DNA of 63,993 nt, filler included, from an uncultured bacterium (GCA_964449065.1; 6 parts of 6 records of this genome joined end to end with filler, not necessarily neighbours in it); one strand, 5' to 3'. Counted from the whole stretch's first letter, positions 49,290 through 60,990 are shown. Made by a program: numbers and translations. The notes: generated from the letters alone by a model not told the origin.

Positions 49290-50534
49290 ATGAAACCAAT
49301 TTCTTCCCGTAACACGATATTCGGCTGGTGCATGTACGACTTTGCCAATTCGCCCTTTACCACCCTCATCATCAGTTTTATCTACTCCGTTTATTTCACC
49401 AAAACGGTAGGCGAAGATGGTACCATCTTATGGTCGCGGGCCATTACCCTATCCGCGATTCTTGTCGCGTTGCTCTCACCTATCATGGGAGCGATCGCCG
49501 ACCGCACCGCCTGGCGCAAACGCTTGATGGGTATCTGTGCACTTATCATGATTGTCAGCGTATGCCTTCTGAACATAACACCGCTTCCATCCTATACCAT
49601 CATGGCGCTTGTGCTGTTTGTTCTCGCGAATGTCAGTTATGAACTGGGCATCGTTTTTTACAATGCCTTTTTACCCGATATTACCACACCGCAAACAATT
49701 GGTAGGGTATCGGGTTACGGATGGGGATGTGGGTATGTTGGAGGCCTATTCGCTCTTGTTGCCGCGCTATTCGTTTTTCCCCTTTTTGGAATCACTACCC
49801 AATCTCCTGACTTCATTCACGCGGTCTTATGGCTCACCGCTTGTTGGATGGCGGTCTTTTGCCTGCCTACATTCATATTGGTGAAGGAGACAACGACAAA
49901 CCCAACCGCCTCCAAACAATTGCTTACCGGCAGTTTTCAGCAACTCTACCATACCTTGCATGAAATCCGCCGCTACAAACCAATTGTTCGCTTGCTGCTG
50001 GCACGGTTGTTTTATAACGACGGTCTTATCACCATCTTCGCCTTCGCCGGTATTTACGCCGGCAACGAATTTGGATTCACGACCCAAGCCATGCTGCTCT
50101 TCGGCATTGTGGTCAATATCGCCGCCGGGTTGGGCGCGGTAGGCTTCGGTTACATCGACGATCAAATCGGCGGCAAGAAGACTATCATGATTACAATTTT
50201 CGGCCTTTCCACCGCAACATTCTTAGCCGCGATAGCATGGCATCCTTCAATGATATGGATTGCGGGTATTCTTGCCGGTATCTTCTCCGGCCCCAACCAA
50301 GCCGCCAGCCGTTCGCTGCTTGGCCGCTTCGTCCCCAAAGAAAAAAAAGCAGAGTTCTACGGCTTCTTCGCCTTCTCTGGAAAAATGACCGCCTTTCTCG
50401 GCCCCTTCTGCTACGGACTCATGACCCAAATCTTCGATACCGAACGCGCGGGTGTCGCCTTTACCCTTGTTTTTTTTATTATTGGTGGATTTTTTCTTTA
50501 TGGTATTTCAGAAAAACATGATAAGTATCGATAA
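49290..50534 (+). CDS. MFS transporter (UMF1/ATG22-like)
   Basis: W.MYDFANS.F, FYNAFLP, GRVSG.GW..GYVGG, YNDG..T, GP.QA.SRS. Confidence 0.88.
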   Translation: MKPISSRNTIFGWCMYDFANSPFTTLIISFIYSVYFTKTVGEDGTILWSRAITLSAILVALLSPIMGAIADRTAWRKRLMGICALIMIVSVCLLNITPLPSYTIMALVLFVLANVSYELGIVFYNAFLPDITTPQTIGRVSGYGWGCGYVGGLFALVAALFVFPLFGITTQSPDFIHAVLWLTACWMAVFCLPTFILVKETTTNPTASKQLLTGSFQQLYHTLHEIRRYKPIVRLLLARLFYNDGLITIFAFAGIYAGNEFGFTTQAMLLFGIVVNIAAGLGAVGFGYIDDQIGGKKTIMITIFGLSTATFLAAIAWHPSMIWIAGILAGIFSGPNQAASRSLLGRFVPKEKKAEFYGFFAFSGKMTAFLGPFCYGLMTQIFDTERAGVAFTLVFFIIGGFFLYGISEKHDKYR

Positions 50535-50677
50535 TCAAGTATTCTGGAGAGTGCGAAGTTAGGGAGTTCCGCCCTCCCAGGGCTTGCTTCGCGTGTGGTG
50601 GGTCAGAACGGCGCGGCCCACCCTGCGGCTGTGCAAGAACCCGGAAATGATTCGGAGATGGAGAATGATATTGAATG

Positions 50678-50705
50678 AAAAAAGGCAGAATGAATCCGCC
50701 TTTTT
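50678..50705 (-). terminator. Terminator of the ffh-rpsP-khpA operon
   Basis: Minus strand GGCGGA-TTCAT-TCTGCC followed by a T tract. Confidence 0.7.
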
Positions 50706-50733
50706 CTTGATAGATAGCGTTTGATTTCAGCGG

Positions 50734-51000
50734 TTAGTCGTCTTCATGTTTGCGTTCACGTTCGTCTTCGTCTTCGATGTCGATGCGGCTGCGTTTGCCT
50801 TCCATGGAGGCTTTGGAACTGACCAGCAGGCGGATGGCGCGGGCGGTTTTGCCGCCGCGGCCGATAATCCGCCCCATATCTTCTTGATTGACGTGTACCG
50901 CATAACGATGCATACCGTCATCCATGACCTCTTCGGTGATTTGAACCTCATCCGGATGTTGGACGAGGGATTTAACTAAAAATTCCAATAATTCTTTCAT
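50734..51000 (-). CDS. khpA: KH-domain RNA-binding protein KhpA (YlqC)
   Basis: LV..PDEV, DMGRIIGRGGKTARAIR. Confidence 0.92.
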   Translation of the reverse strand: MKELLEFLVKSLVQHPDEVQITEEVMDDGMHRYAVHVNQEDMGRIIGRGGKTARAIRLLVSSKASMEGKRSRIDIEDEDERERKHEDD

Positions 51001-51069
51001 GATGTCTGTTCTCTTCTTCTAAAGGTTTTCATCAGGACACCCAAAGGGGTGCTCCAACGGAGTTTTCAT

Positions 51070-51630
51070 CTACCCTTGTTTTTCTTCGGCTGCCGTTTCA
51101 GCGGGGACTTCTTCTTTAGATTCTTCTTTAGATTCTTCTTTAGTCTCTTCTTTTCCTTCTTCATTTGCTTGCGGGGGAGCCTCGTTGGTTTTGACGTTTT
51201 CCGCCGGAGATTCTGCCGAAGCGGTTTCTGTTTCAGCCGGGGCTATTTCTTTCGGTTCTTCGGGCGGCGGCGCCGCTGGGGCCGGTGCGGGTTGGGCTTT
51301 CGATGCTTCGCCGCTCATGGTTACCAACATGTTTTCGGGGTGATCGTCTTGTTCGAGGATTTGTTTATACTCGCCGGATTTGAACTTACCTAGTAAGCCG
51401 TGACGTTTTAAGAGGGCGCGCGCGGTTTCGGTCATTTGCACGCCTTTATCGAGCCAGCGGTAGATTTCTTTTTCTTTAAAGCTGATTTGCGCGGGTTGTT
51501 TGACGGCATCGTACCATCCCACGTCGGCTACGGTTTTGCCGTCGCGCCGCCACGAGGAATCTTGGATAACCAAGCGGTAAAACGGTCTGTTGCGGTTGCC
51601 CATGCGTTTCAAACGAATTTTAAGCGCCAT
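51070..51630 (-). CDS. rpsP: 30S ribosomal protein S16 with long acidic C-terminal tail
   Basis: KIRLKRMG....PFYR.V..DS..RRDG, WL.KG. Confidence 0.93.
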   Translation of the reverse strand: MALKIRLKRMGNRNRPFYRLVIQDSSWRRDGKTVADVGWYDAVKQPAQISFKEKEIYRWLDKGVQMTETARALLKRHGLLGKFKSGEYKQILEQDDHPENMLVTMSGEASKAQPAPAPAAPPPEEPKEIAPAETETASAESPAENVKTNEAPPQANEEGKEETKEESKEESKEEVPAETAAEEKQG

Positions 51631-51681
51631 TACTTTCTCCTAGTTGCATAAAATAGATTTATATATATCTGTATTTTGAGT

Positions 51682-53067
51682 TCACCTTCCGGGGAACATC
51701 GATTGCATTTTCTGCATTTTTTTCATCATTTTTTTGGTCATTTTCGGTTTTTTGCCTTTGCCTTTTTTGCCGCCGGGGCCGCCGGTCATCATGCTCATCA
51801 TTTGCTTGGATTCGGTAAACTGTTTCAGCAGTTTGTTCACCTGTTTCATGCTGGTGCCGCTGCCCGCGGCGATGCGGCGTTTGCGGTTGCTGTTGATGAG
51901 ATTGGGGGTTTCGCGTTCTTTTTTGGTCATTGAGAGGATCATGGCCTCAACGTATTTCATCTCGTTTTCACCCATGCTGGCGGCTTTGGCGGCTTCGCTG
52001 TTGCCCATGCCAGGCATCATTGAGAGGAGGCTGCCAATTCCGCCCATGCGGCGGACGTTGCGGATTTGGTTTAAAAAATCATCAAAGGTAAACGTCTGGT
52101 TTTTGATTTTCTTTTGCAGACGCTCGGCTTCTTTTTCATCGATGGTGGCTTTGGCTTTTTCGATCAGAGTAAGCACATCGCCCATCCCCAAAATACGGGA
52201 GGCCATGCGGTCCGGGTAAAAGGGTTCCAAGCCGTCGAGTTTTTCGCTGGTTCCAGCATAGATGATGGGTTTGCCGGTGACATAACGGATGGAGAGAGCC
52301 GCCCCGCCGCGGGTATCGCTGTCCAGTTTGGTTAAGATCGTTCCGGTGATACCAAGCCCTTCATCAAAATGCTTTGCTTGATTGACGGCATCCTGCCCAA
52401 CCATAGAGTCGACTACAAGGATAATATGCGTGGGATTCCAGGATTTTTTAACCGCCTGAACCTCATTCATCATTTCCGTATCGATGTGCAGCCGGCCGGC
52501 GGTATCGAGAATGACGGTATCGCATCCTTGCTTCTTGGCTTCTATGGTTCCTTTTTTGGCGATTTCGGAGGGGGCGTTGTCTGTACCCATATCGAATACG
52601 GGTACCCCCGCTTGGCTGCCGACGGTATGCAATTGTTCGATTGCGGCAGGCCGGTAAATGTCTCCCGCGCAGAGAAACGGTTTGCGGCCTTCTGTGGATA
52701 ACTTTTTGGCCAGTTTGGCGGCAGTGGTGGTTTTACCGGAACCTTGCAGGCCAACCAGCATGATACGGTTTTCTCCGTCATGGAGGTCTAACTGTCCAGG
52801 AGTTTTACCTAACAGCTCGACCATCTCTTCGTTCACGATATTGATGACTTGCTGGCCGGGTTCCAGTGTTTTGAGGACTTCCGCACCAAGAGCGCGTTCT
52901 TCGATCTTTTTGCAGAATTCTTTTGTGGCGCCGATATTGACATCGGCCTCTAAGAAGGCGAGCCGCACTTCGCGCAGAGCTTCTTTTATGTGGGATTCGG
53001 TAAGGCGGGATTTGCCTGTGATATCCCGAAATATTTTGGAAAATCTATCCTGTAAATTCTCAAACAT
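51682..53067 (-). CDS. ffh: Signal recognition particle protein
   Basis: GLQGSGKTT, DTAGR, TKLD.D.RGGAALS, RMASRILGMGD, SMT..ER, RIA.GSG. Confidence 0.96.
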   Translation of the reverse strand: MFENLQDRFSKIFRDITGKSRLTESHIKEALREVRLAFLEADVNIGATKEFCKKIEERALGAEVLKTLEPGQQVINIVNEEMVELLGKTPGQLDLHDGENRIMLVGLQGSGKTTTAAKLAKKLSTEGRKPFLCAGDIYRPAAIEQLHTVGSQAGVPVFDMGTDNAPSEIAKKGTIEAKKQGCDTVILDTAGRLHIDTEMMNEVQAVKKSWNPTHIILVVDSMVGQDAVNQAKHFDEGLGITGTILTKLDSDTRGGAALSIRYVTGKPIIYAGTSEKLDGLEPFYPDRMASRILGMGDVLTLIEKAKATIDEKEAERLQKKIKNQTFTFDDFLNQIRNVRRMGGIGSLLSMMPGMGNSEAAKAASMGENEMKYVEAMILSMTKKERETPNLINSNRKRRIAAGSGTSMKQVNKLLKQFTESKQMMSMMTGGPGGKKGKGKKPKMTKKMMKKMQKMQSMFPGR

Positions 53068-53159
53068 AAGTACGCCTAATTATTTTGGTTATGCTATGCA
53101 GTCTAGTGTGTATTCTAACGATTGTCACGGTAGATTATGAATACGCGACCCACCCGATC

Positions 53160-53567
53160 TTATTTTTTATCCGCAAATAAGTCTCGTAATTGATAGACTT
53201 TTGATTTTAACTTTCCTGTATCGTACATGATGTCATCTTGAACCAGTTTGCATAGATCATTTACGATATTTTTTATTTGATCAAGTGGAATATCTTTTGA
53301 GGATGAAATTGAGCTTGATTCACTTGATTTATTTGTATTATGTTCGTTAAGTTTAAGTTCTTTTTCAAACTTAAATAGTGATTTTTTTCCGTGTTGTATG
53401 GTATCATGGACGGCCTGCCTGGAAATATCTTCGGATTCAGCAATTTCTCCGTATGAAAGATCATCGTTGTAGTGGAGTTGGATAAAAGTTTTTTGACGTT
53501 CAGTTAAAAGGCCACCATAGATATCCAATAATTCGGAGATGATTTGCTTGTCTTCAAATGATTCCAT
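53160..53567 (-). CDS. ylxM: YlxM (UPF0122) HTH protein
   Basis: LLD.YG.LLTE.Q......Y.DDLS..EIAE...ISRQAV.D. Confidence 0.88.
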   Translation of the reverse strand: MESFEDKQIISELLDIYGGLLTERQKTFIQLHYNDDLSYGEIAESEDISRQAVHDTIQHGKKSLFKFEKELKLNEHNTNKSSESSSISSSKDIPLDQIKNIVNDLCKLVQDDIMYDTGKLKSKVYQLRDLFADKK

Positions 53568-53584
53568 ACTTGCTCTACATTTGT

Positions 53585-53639
53585 GTTAAGTTGATTATCT
53601 TGACGGTAGTAACGATAGTGTTTTCAGAAAATTTGTCAA
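53585..53639 (-). promoter_or_regulatory. ylxM-ffh promoter and downstream palindrome
   Basis: Minus strand TTGACA-16 bp-TATCGT, then GTCAAG-N8-CTTAAC before the start codon. Confidence 0.55.
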
Positions 53640-53825
53640 TAGTGATAGTAGGAATTTATCCCAATACATTATACCATTTCCAATTTGGATTGTTCACTAA
53701 AATCAAAACGGCTTAACAGATTGCTTCGTTTGATTGCCAAGGAAAATACTTCTTTAACAGGTTGAATCTTTATGGTTTATGGTTCTCTTCGCACCCCCTC
53801 TGTCCTCCTTACGTCGGACATCTCC

Positions 53826-53925
53826 NNNNNNNNNNNNNNNNNNNNNNNNNNNNNNNNNNNNNNNNNNNNTTAATTAATTAANNNNNNNNNNNNNNNNNNN
53901 NNNNNNNNNNNNNNNNNNNNNNNNN
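53826..53925. other. Artificial contig linker
   Basis: N44-TTAATTAATTAA-N44. Confidence 0.98.
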
Positions 53926-54182
53926 ATGGCACACCGTCAATCAGTTCCCAGCGTTCGTCATCACCCCACTGGCAATAGTCATCGTAGGTGTAGCGTTTAT
54001 CTTGTTGAATGGCAGTCATTCGGTTTCACCTTCAATTTGTGTCAAAACTATTATAGAAGAAAAAGTGGAATTGAGAAATCGAACAAGGAAGCATTCTTTT
54101 GGCCCGGCGGGAGCCTTGCCTTCCAATTCGCATGATTCTAGTAGTCTGTCAATCAAAAAATGGTGGCTGGCTATCCGTTGTT

Positions 54183-54214
54183 CCCCCCCCTTGTTAAGGG
54201 GGGCTAGGGGGGAT
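54183..54214. repeat. REP-like family Y (CCCCCTTRTTAAGGGGGG.TAGGGGGGATC)
   Basis: Copies at 38519-38547 and 63946-63976, degenerate at about 35794-35820. Confidence 0.75.
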
Positions 54215-54352
54215 CGATACCCATCAATAAAACGTTGACACTGTATTAGGTGATTGGATGCTTCGGCTCCCTCTGTCTTCCTGATGTCAGACATCTCCCC
54301 CAAATGTTTGGGGAGACAAAAAATAAACAGGTTGGACGCCTGCACAACCATA

Positions 54353-57109
54353 CTACGAATTGGCGGAGGGGCGGCGGACTACGCGCTTGGGTTTGGTTGC
54401 GGCATCTTGTGTTTCTTCATCTGATGCCATTTTTGCTGAAGTCTTTTTAGATGTTGATTTCTTTGCGGTAGACTTTTTTGCGGACGATTTCTTCGCCGTG
54501 CTCTTTTTGCGTGAGGATTTTTTCTTGGTTCCGCCTTTCGCGGCTTTTTCAGCCAAGGCGGTCACCGCTTGGTCAAGCGTCACTTCTTCCGGTTCGACTT
54601 CATTGGGGACCGGGGCATTGATGTTTCCGTCCGTAATGTAGGGGCCGTAGCGGCCTTTGAGCACTTCGATCTCGTCGCCAGTTTCCGGATGCTTGCCAAC
54701 CACTTTGATGACGGGCTTTTTATTTTTCTCTTTCAGCAATTGCACGGCTTCATCCAATGTGACCGAGAAGAGTTTGTCTAAAGTGCCGATGCTTTTGAAG
54801 GTGCGCCCTTCTTTGACATACGGACCGTACATACCGGTGCTGGCCACGACTTTGCGGCCGGTTTCCGGGTGTTTGCCCAAATCACGGGGCAGCGAAAGGA
54901 GTTTGCGCGCGAGTTCCATATCAACGTTGTCGAGATCTGTGCCTTTGGGCAGGCCGATACGTTTGGGTTTTTTTTCATCATCGCGTTCGCCGACTTGCAG
55001 GTAGGGTCCGTAAGGACCGACCAACACATAAATATTTTTTCCGGTTTCTTCGTCTTTGCCGATGGGCGGACGTTCTTTGGTTTGGTGTTCGATGATGTCT
55101 AACGCTTTTTCCGGGGTTAATTCATCGATCAGCAAATCTACCGGAAGTGAAGCCCGGTCTCCGTTGCCGCCTTGGCCGCGCTGAATAAAGCAGGAATTTT
55201 TGCCAATGCGCACGACAATTGGTTTGCCGGTTTCCGGATCGGTGCCGACAGGGATTTCCGGGTAATCAATGTTGGGGAGTTCTTCTTCGATGCGGTTCAA
55301 TAAGCCTTTGCTGTCATTGCCGCCGTTGCCATGATAGAACTCATCCAAAAATTCCACCCAATCCATGTCCCCGTTGGCGATGTCGTCAAGTTCCTGTTCC
55401 ATCAATGCCGTGAATTTGTAATCAACGTATTTGGAGAAATGCCCGCGCAACAGGTGAACGACCGCCATCCCTACATACGTGGGAATGAGCGCGCCGCTTT
55501 TTTTCATAACATAGTCGCGGGCCTGGATGGTGGAAATCGTTGGCGCGTAGGTGGATGGTCTGCCGATGCCTTCTTCTTCCAGTTTTTTAACCAATGAGGC
55601 TTCCGTGTAACGCGCCGGCGGATTGGTTTTGTGATACTGTGGGACGGTTCGTTCGAGAACGATTGGTTTTTCGCCTTCGTTTTTGCCGATCTGCCGGCCT
55701 TCCACCATCTCCGGCAGCAAGGTGTCTTTATCATCGGCTCCATAGACTTTGAGAAAGCCCGGAAATTCTATGATGGAACCATTGGCGCGAAAGATGTGAT
55801 CTTTGCCGCTGAGAGTTACGGTAATATCAACAGACGTTTTGCTGAGTAACGCGTCCGCCATTTGTGAGGCGATGGTGCGGTTCCATATCAACTTGTAGAG
55901 ATTGTATTCGTCTTTGTTGAGATACGGTTTAAGCGAATCCGGAGTCCGGTAGATTTCGGTGGGGCGAATGGCTTCGTGCGCCTCTTGCGCGTTTTTGGAT
56001 TTGCTTTTGTAGGGACGCACACCCTGATGGTATTTTTCGCCGTAATGCTTCACGATGAAGTTTTCCGCATCATGCAATGCTTTGGAACTCAACGTCAGTG
56101 AGTCGGTACGCATATAGGTAATGAGGCCTTCGCGTTCGCCTTCACCAAAGTCGATCCCTTCATACAAACGCTGAGCAACCATCATGGTTTGACGGGGCGT
56201 TAGGTTCAACCGGGAACTGGCTGCCTGCTGAAGAGTCGATGTAATGAACGGCGGTGAGGGACGCTTTTTGGTTTCTTTGCGCTCAACCTTTGTGACCGTC
56301 CAAGGCAACGTTTCTTTGGATTCTTTCGCGAGGGTTTCGGCTTCATCTTTTCCTAAAACCGCCGCCTTTGCGGAAGGCTTTAATTCTCCGGTTGTCGAAT
56401 CGAAATCTTTGCCGCCTGCCAGACGCACGCCGTCAATCGAGTTGAGAGTCGCGGTAAATTCCAAATCACCGGATTGAAAGACAGCATCGATATTCCAATA
56501 TTCAGACGATTTAAAGCGTTGGCGTTCTTCTTCGCGTTCGACAATCAACCGAAGCGCAACGCTTTGCACCCGGCCGGCGCTGAGTTTGGTGCGAACTTTT
56601 TTCCACAAAACCGGCGATAATGTATAGCCATATAACCGGTCCAGGATGCGGCGGCTTTCTTGCGCGCGGACGAGTTTGGAATCGACATCGCGGGGATTTT
56701 CGACGGCGTGCTGAATCGCGGATTTGGTAATTTCATGAAACGCGATGCGTTTGACAGGTATATTCGGTTTTAGTTCTTCCAACAAATGCCAGCTGATGGA
56801 TTCGCCTTCGCGGTCTTCGTCCGTCGCGAGCAGTAACTCATCGGATTGTTTGATTAATTTTTTGAGTTCATTCACCCGTTTCTTGCTGTCTTTGGGAACA
56901 ATATACACCGGGGAAAACTTCTCATTGGGATTGACACCCAGACGGGACCATTCTTCCGACTTGTATTGCTCCGGAATTTCCGCGGCAGAGCTGGGCAAAT
57001 CACGGATATGCCCGAAACTGGCGGCAACCTTGTACTCTTTCCCTAAAAATTTCTCTATCGTTTTCGCTTTCGCGGGTGACTCAACTATTACCAGTTTCAA
57101 TAGATTCAC
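54353..57109 (-). CDS. topA: DNA topoisomerase I with Topo_C repeats and a Lys-rich tail
   Basis: IVESPAKAKTI, ATDEDREGE, SAGRVQS, ITYMRTDS, GIGRPSTY; G.YGPY repeats. Confidence 0.96.
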   Translation of the reverse strand: MNLLKLVIVESPAKAKTIEKFLGKEYKVAASFGHIRDLPSSAAEIPEQYKSEEWSRLGVNPNEKFSPVYIVPKDSKKRVNELKKLIKQSDELLLATDEDREGESISWHLLEELKPNIPVKRIAFHEITKSAIQHAVENPRDVDSKLVRAQESRRILDRLYGYTLSPVLWKKVRTKLSAGRVQSVALRLIVEREEERQRFKSSEYWNIDAVFQSGDLEFTATLNSIDGVRLAGGKDFDSTTGELKPSAKAAVLGKDEAETLAKESKETLPWTVTKVERKETKKRPSPPFITSTLQQAASSRLNLTPRQTMMVAQRLYEGIDFGEGEREGLITYMRTDSLTLSSKALHDAENFIVKHYGEKYHQGVRPYKSKSKNAQEAHEAIRPTEIYRTPDSLKPYLNKDEYNLYKLIWNRTIASQMADALLSKTSVDITVTLSGKDHIFRANGSIIEFPGFLKVYGADDKDTLLPEMVEGRQIGKNEGEKPIVLERTVPQYHKTNPPARYTEASLVKKLEEEGIGRPSTYAPTISTIQARDYVMKKSGALIPTYVGMAVVHLLRGHFSKYVDYKFTALMEQELDDIANGDMDWVEFLDEFYHGNGGNDSKGLLNRIEEELPNIDYPEIPVGTDPETGKPIVVRIGKNSCFIQRGQGGNGDRASLPVDLLIDELTPEKALDIIEHQTKERPPIGKDEETGKNIYVLVGPYGPYLQVGERDDEKKPKRIGLPKGTDLDNVDMELARKLLSLPRDLGKHPETGRKVVASTGMYGPYVKEGRTFKSIGTLDKLFSVTLDEAVQLLKEKNKKPVIKVVGKHPETGDEIEVLKGRYGPYITDGNINAPVPNEVEPEEVTLDQAVTALAEKAAKGGTKKKSSRKKSTAKKSSAKKSTAKKSTSKKTSAKMASDEETQDAATKPKRVVRRPSANS

Positions 57110-57348
57110 TCCAAAGACAGCTTATGATTTATGACTGACTTGCATGTATCAAATACTCAAATAAAACTCTGCATTTGTGATGCAGGGGAAAATCCTATTC
57201 TCCACCAGTGAATGAGTCAAGCTATCAAGGTTTTTTTCCGTTTGATCTGTCATCCTTTTTGATACGGCCTGCGCTTGCGTATGCGCAAATTTAAGAGTTT
57301 ACTGGTTTGTGGAAAAAATCAACCGTTTTTTTTATTTTTCTTCCCGAT

Positions 57349-58392
<1,044 letters not shown>

Positions 58393-58461
58393 TTAAAAAA
58401 TGGGATGAATCCAGACGCAATAACCTTTAGAACACACTGTGGAGTTGCCTGCAAGGAAAAA

Positions 58462-59238
58462 TTATGGACGGGCAAGACCGCGCTGCGACTTTTCAATAAA
58501 GTTAATGATGTGCCGTACTTCTTCGGAATTCGACAATTCATCGTTTAGAATTTTTAAGGAGTCTTGTTCTTTTAATTTTGAGCGTAATACGGCTTTGTAG
58601 GCCTTTTTAAGATTGGAAATACGTTCGGGAGAGAAGTTGTGGCGGCGCAAACCAACGATATTGATACCTATGCAGCGGCAAGGGTTTCCACCGGCGACGG
58701 TATAGGGCATGATATCCTGCCGAACGCCTGAGCAACCGCCGATGATGGAGTTTCTGCCGATGTTGACGAATTGATGAATGCCGACCAATCCGCCGATGAT
58801 GGCGTGTTCTTCAATATGAATGTGACCTGCCAATCCCGCGAAGCTGGACATGATCACCCGATCTTCTAACACACAGTTATGGGCGATATGGCAATAAGCC
58901 ATGATTAGGCAGCTGCTGCCGATTTTGGTGACTTCGTCTTCGTAGGTACCGCGGTTTACGGTTGCGTATTCGCGGATGGTGGTGTTATCACCGATCTCAA
59001 CAAAACTACGTTCGCCGCGAAACTTTAAATCCTGCGGATCGGAACCGAGCACCGCGCCGGCAAAAATTTTGCAGTTTTTTCCGATGGATGTCCAACCTTC
59101 AATGACGGCATGAGGACCGATTATTGTGTTATCGCCAATTTTTGCGTGTTCGTTGATGACCGCAAAAGGCCCGATTTCTACATTTTCACCAATCTCCGCT
59201 TTGGGATGTACAGAGGCATTATTATCAACAAAGGGCAT
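58462..59238 (-). CDS. lpxA: UDP-N-acetylglucosamine acyltransferase
   Basis: Hexapeptide repeats, PQDLKF.GE, IRE..T..RGT, HIAHNC, HQF..IG. Confidence 0.92.
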   Translation of the reverse strand: MPFVDNNASVHPKAEIGENVEIGPFAVINEHAKIGDNTIIGPHAVIEGWTSIGKNCKIFAGAVLGSDPQDLKFRGERSFVEIGDNTTIREYATVNRGTYEDEVTKIGSSCLIMAYCHIAHNCVLEDRVIMSSFAGLAGHIHIEEHAIIGGLVGIHQFVNIGRNSIIGGCSGVRQDIMPYTVAGGNPCRCIGINIVGLRRHNFSPERISNLKKAYKAVLRSKLKEQDSLKILNDELSNSEEVRHIINFIEKSQRGLARP

Positions 59239-59489
59239 GGAATTTTTCGACTTTCTTTTTAGAGTCTTCTACCGTACGAATAACTGAAAAACTTTGTATT
59301 GGTATAATCCGGTTAGGATAATGTTAAATTCTTTATAATTAAGCATAAAAATGTCATTTGTCTATCCTAACTTTGTGGTTGCATGCGAAATAAATTCAAG
59401 CCCTAAATCCTGGATAATCATGAAGAAGAGCCCATCCCTCCGATATACGATGTGTTAATTATAAATAAAAATTTCTATAATTCAATTAT

Positions 59490-60914
59490 TTATTGTAACG
59501 GTTTGTAGTATCCTTCGCCGTTGCGGTATTGAATCAGGCGTTTATGCTCCTGAGGATCAATGGTTTTTTTCCATGAAGTAACGCCGTTGGTTAAATCCGA
59601 GGCTTTAAGCACAAGTGGTTCCCAAGCGGTATGGAAATAGCGGTCATAGAGTGTGAATGTAAGGGTTGGTTCCTTACGCAAATCAAATTGAATCATACCG
59701 AAGTTGGGGCCGGATGCCATAACCGGCCGAATGCGGATTTCGGGACGGCGGTCAACCCATCCGGTCCCTGGGCTTTGCCCCAGCGGTGAACTGACCAGAT
59801 CATACAGATCATACCCACCTTGCTCCGACCAGGGGATGCAGTTGAGTTCGCCGACATGGGTATCTCCGGAAACCAATACAACGCCGGAAATCTTTTCATC
59901 ACGGATAAAGTTAAAGAGATTGTTTCGTTCATGCAGATAGGAGGCCCACGAATCACCGCCCGCGCCTTTGGCAACCGTCCAGCCGCTGCCAGAAAGGATT
60001 ATTTTAAATGGAGACGTGCTTTTCTTTAAGCCTTGTTTGAGCCATTGCAATTGTGCCTGACCCAGCATGGTTTTTTCAGAAGAGTCTTCATAGTTGTTGG
60101 GGTCGCGGTGGTAGCGGCAGTCGATGAAGAAAAAGTCGATTCCACCGTATGAATGCTTAAAAAACACGCCGGGGGCATCGGGCTGGCCGTAAGACATATT
60201 GGGCCAGTATTGTTTAAAGACGTTCAACGCTTCCTCTTTGACGGGATTGGTACGGTCATGGTCGTTGAGGGCATAGTCATGGTCATCCCATATCGCGAGT
60301 TGCGGTGTGCGGCGCAGGATTGGGACTAACTTGCCTACCGAGCGTTGGCGGCGGTATTCTTCCGCGAGGATATCGGGATCGGTGGCGTCTCCGTAAATGT
60401 TGTCACCGAGCCAGAAGAACAGATCGGGATTGGCGGCAGAGACCACCTTCCAAATGGGCTGGACGTTGTCTTCCTGAATGCGGGCGCAGGAACCGAAGGC
60501 GACTTTGAATGCGGTTTTTGCTTCCGGGGCCGGGGCGGTTTTGCAGGAGAGTGGAATGTCTTCTTTTACATACGGATCTTTATTCCCATTTACATAAACC
60601 CGGTAATAATAGCGGGTAGAGGGGGTTAGATTTTCCATCTTGGCCACGACACAATAGTCGGTTTCTTTGGCGGCTTTTACGGCAGCCGTGCGCTTTGGGT
60701 TTGGAAAAGCAGAATCGGTGTCGTATTCGATCATACAGTCGAAATTGCCGCTGGCACGCATCCATATATAGATGGTATCATGGGATGTGAGGCCGATCAT
60801 CGGGCCTTGCATCAAGCGGGGGTAGCCGATTTTGCTTTGAGAATAGGCGAAAAGTTGAGTAAGATGAAAGCAAATGATGAGAAGGGGGATAAGAATCTTG
60901 AGACGGAAAAGCAT
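59490..60914 (-). CDS. Alkaline phosphatase D-family protein
   Basis: FGSC, LGDNIY.D, WDDHDY..ND, D.RY.R, SGD.H. Confidence 0.88.
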   Translation of the reverse strand: MLFRLKILIPLLIICFHLTQLFAYSQSKIGYPRLMQGPMIGLTSHDTIYIWMRASGNFDCMIEYDTDSAFPNPKRTAAVKAAKETDYCVVAKMENLTPSTRYYYRVYVNGNKDPYVKEDIPLSCKTAPAPEAKTAFKVAFGSCARIQEDNVQPIWKVVSAANPDLFFWLGDNIYGDATDPDILAEEYRRQRSVGKLVPILRRTPQLAIWDDHDYALNDHDRTNPVKEEALNVFKQYWPNMSYGQPDAPGVFFKHSYGGIDFFFIDCRYHRDPNNYEDSSEKTMLGQAQLQWLKQGLKKSTSPFKIILSGSGWTVAKGAGGDSWASYLHERNNLFNFIRDEKISGVVLVSGDTHVGELNCIPWSEQGGYDLYDLVSSPLGQSPGTGWVDRRPEIRIRPVMASGPNFGMIQFDLRKEPTLTFTLYDRYFHTAWEPLVLKASDLTNGVTSWKKTIDPQEHKRLIQYRNGEGYYKPLQ

Positions 60915-60990
60915 CGTAATTCTCCTGTTTGGTGTTGCTTGTATATTATTATGGAAGAGCACGACAACCATAGGGATAGAGCGTTCAGAT

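Noticed and set aside
51070..51350. Low-complexity tails on S16, Jag and TopA as novelties
   Set aside because: Acidic S16 extensions, Gly/Arg tails and Lys-rich TopA tails are known in several phyla.
60874..60990. N-terminal TM extension of the L,D-transpeptidase overlapping the phoD start in antisense
   Set aside because: Cannot be distinguished from a chance open frame, so the non-overlapping ATG at 60991 was preferred.
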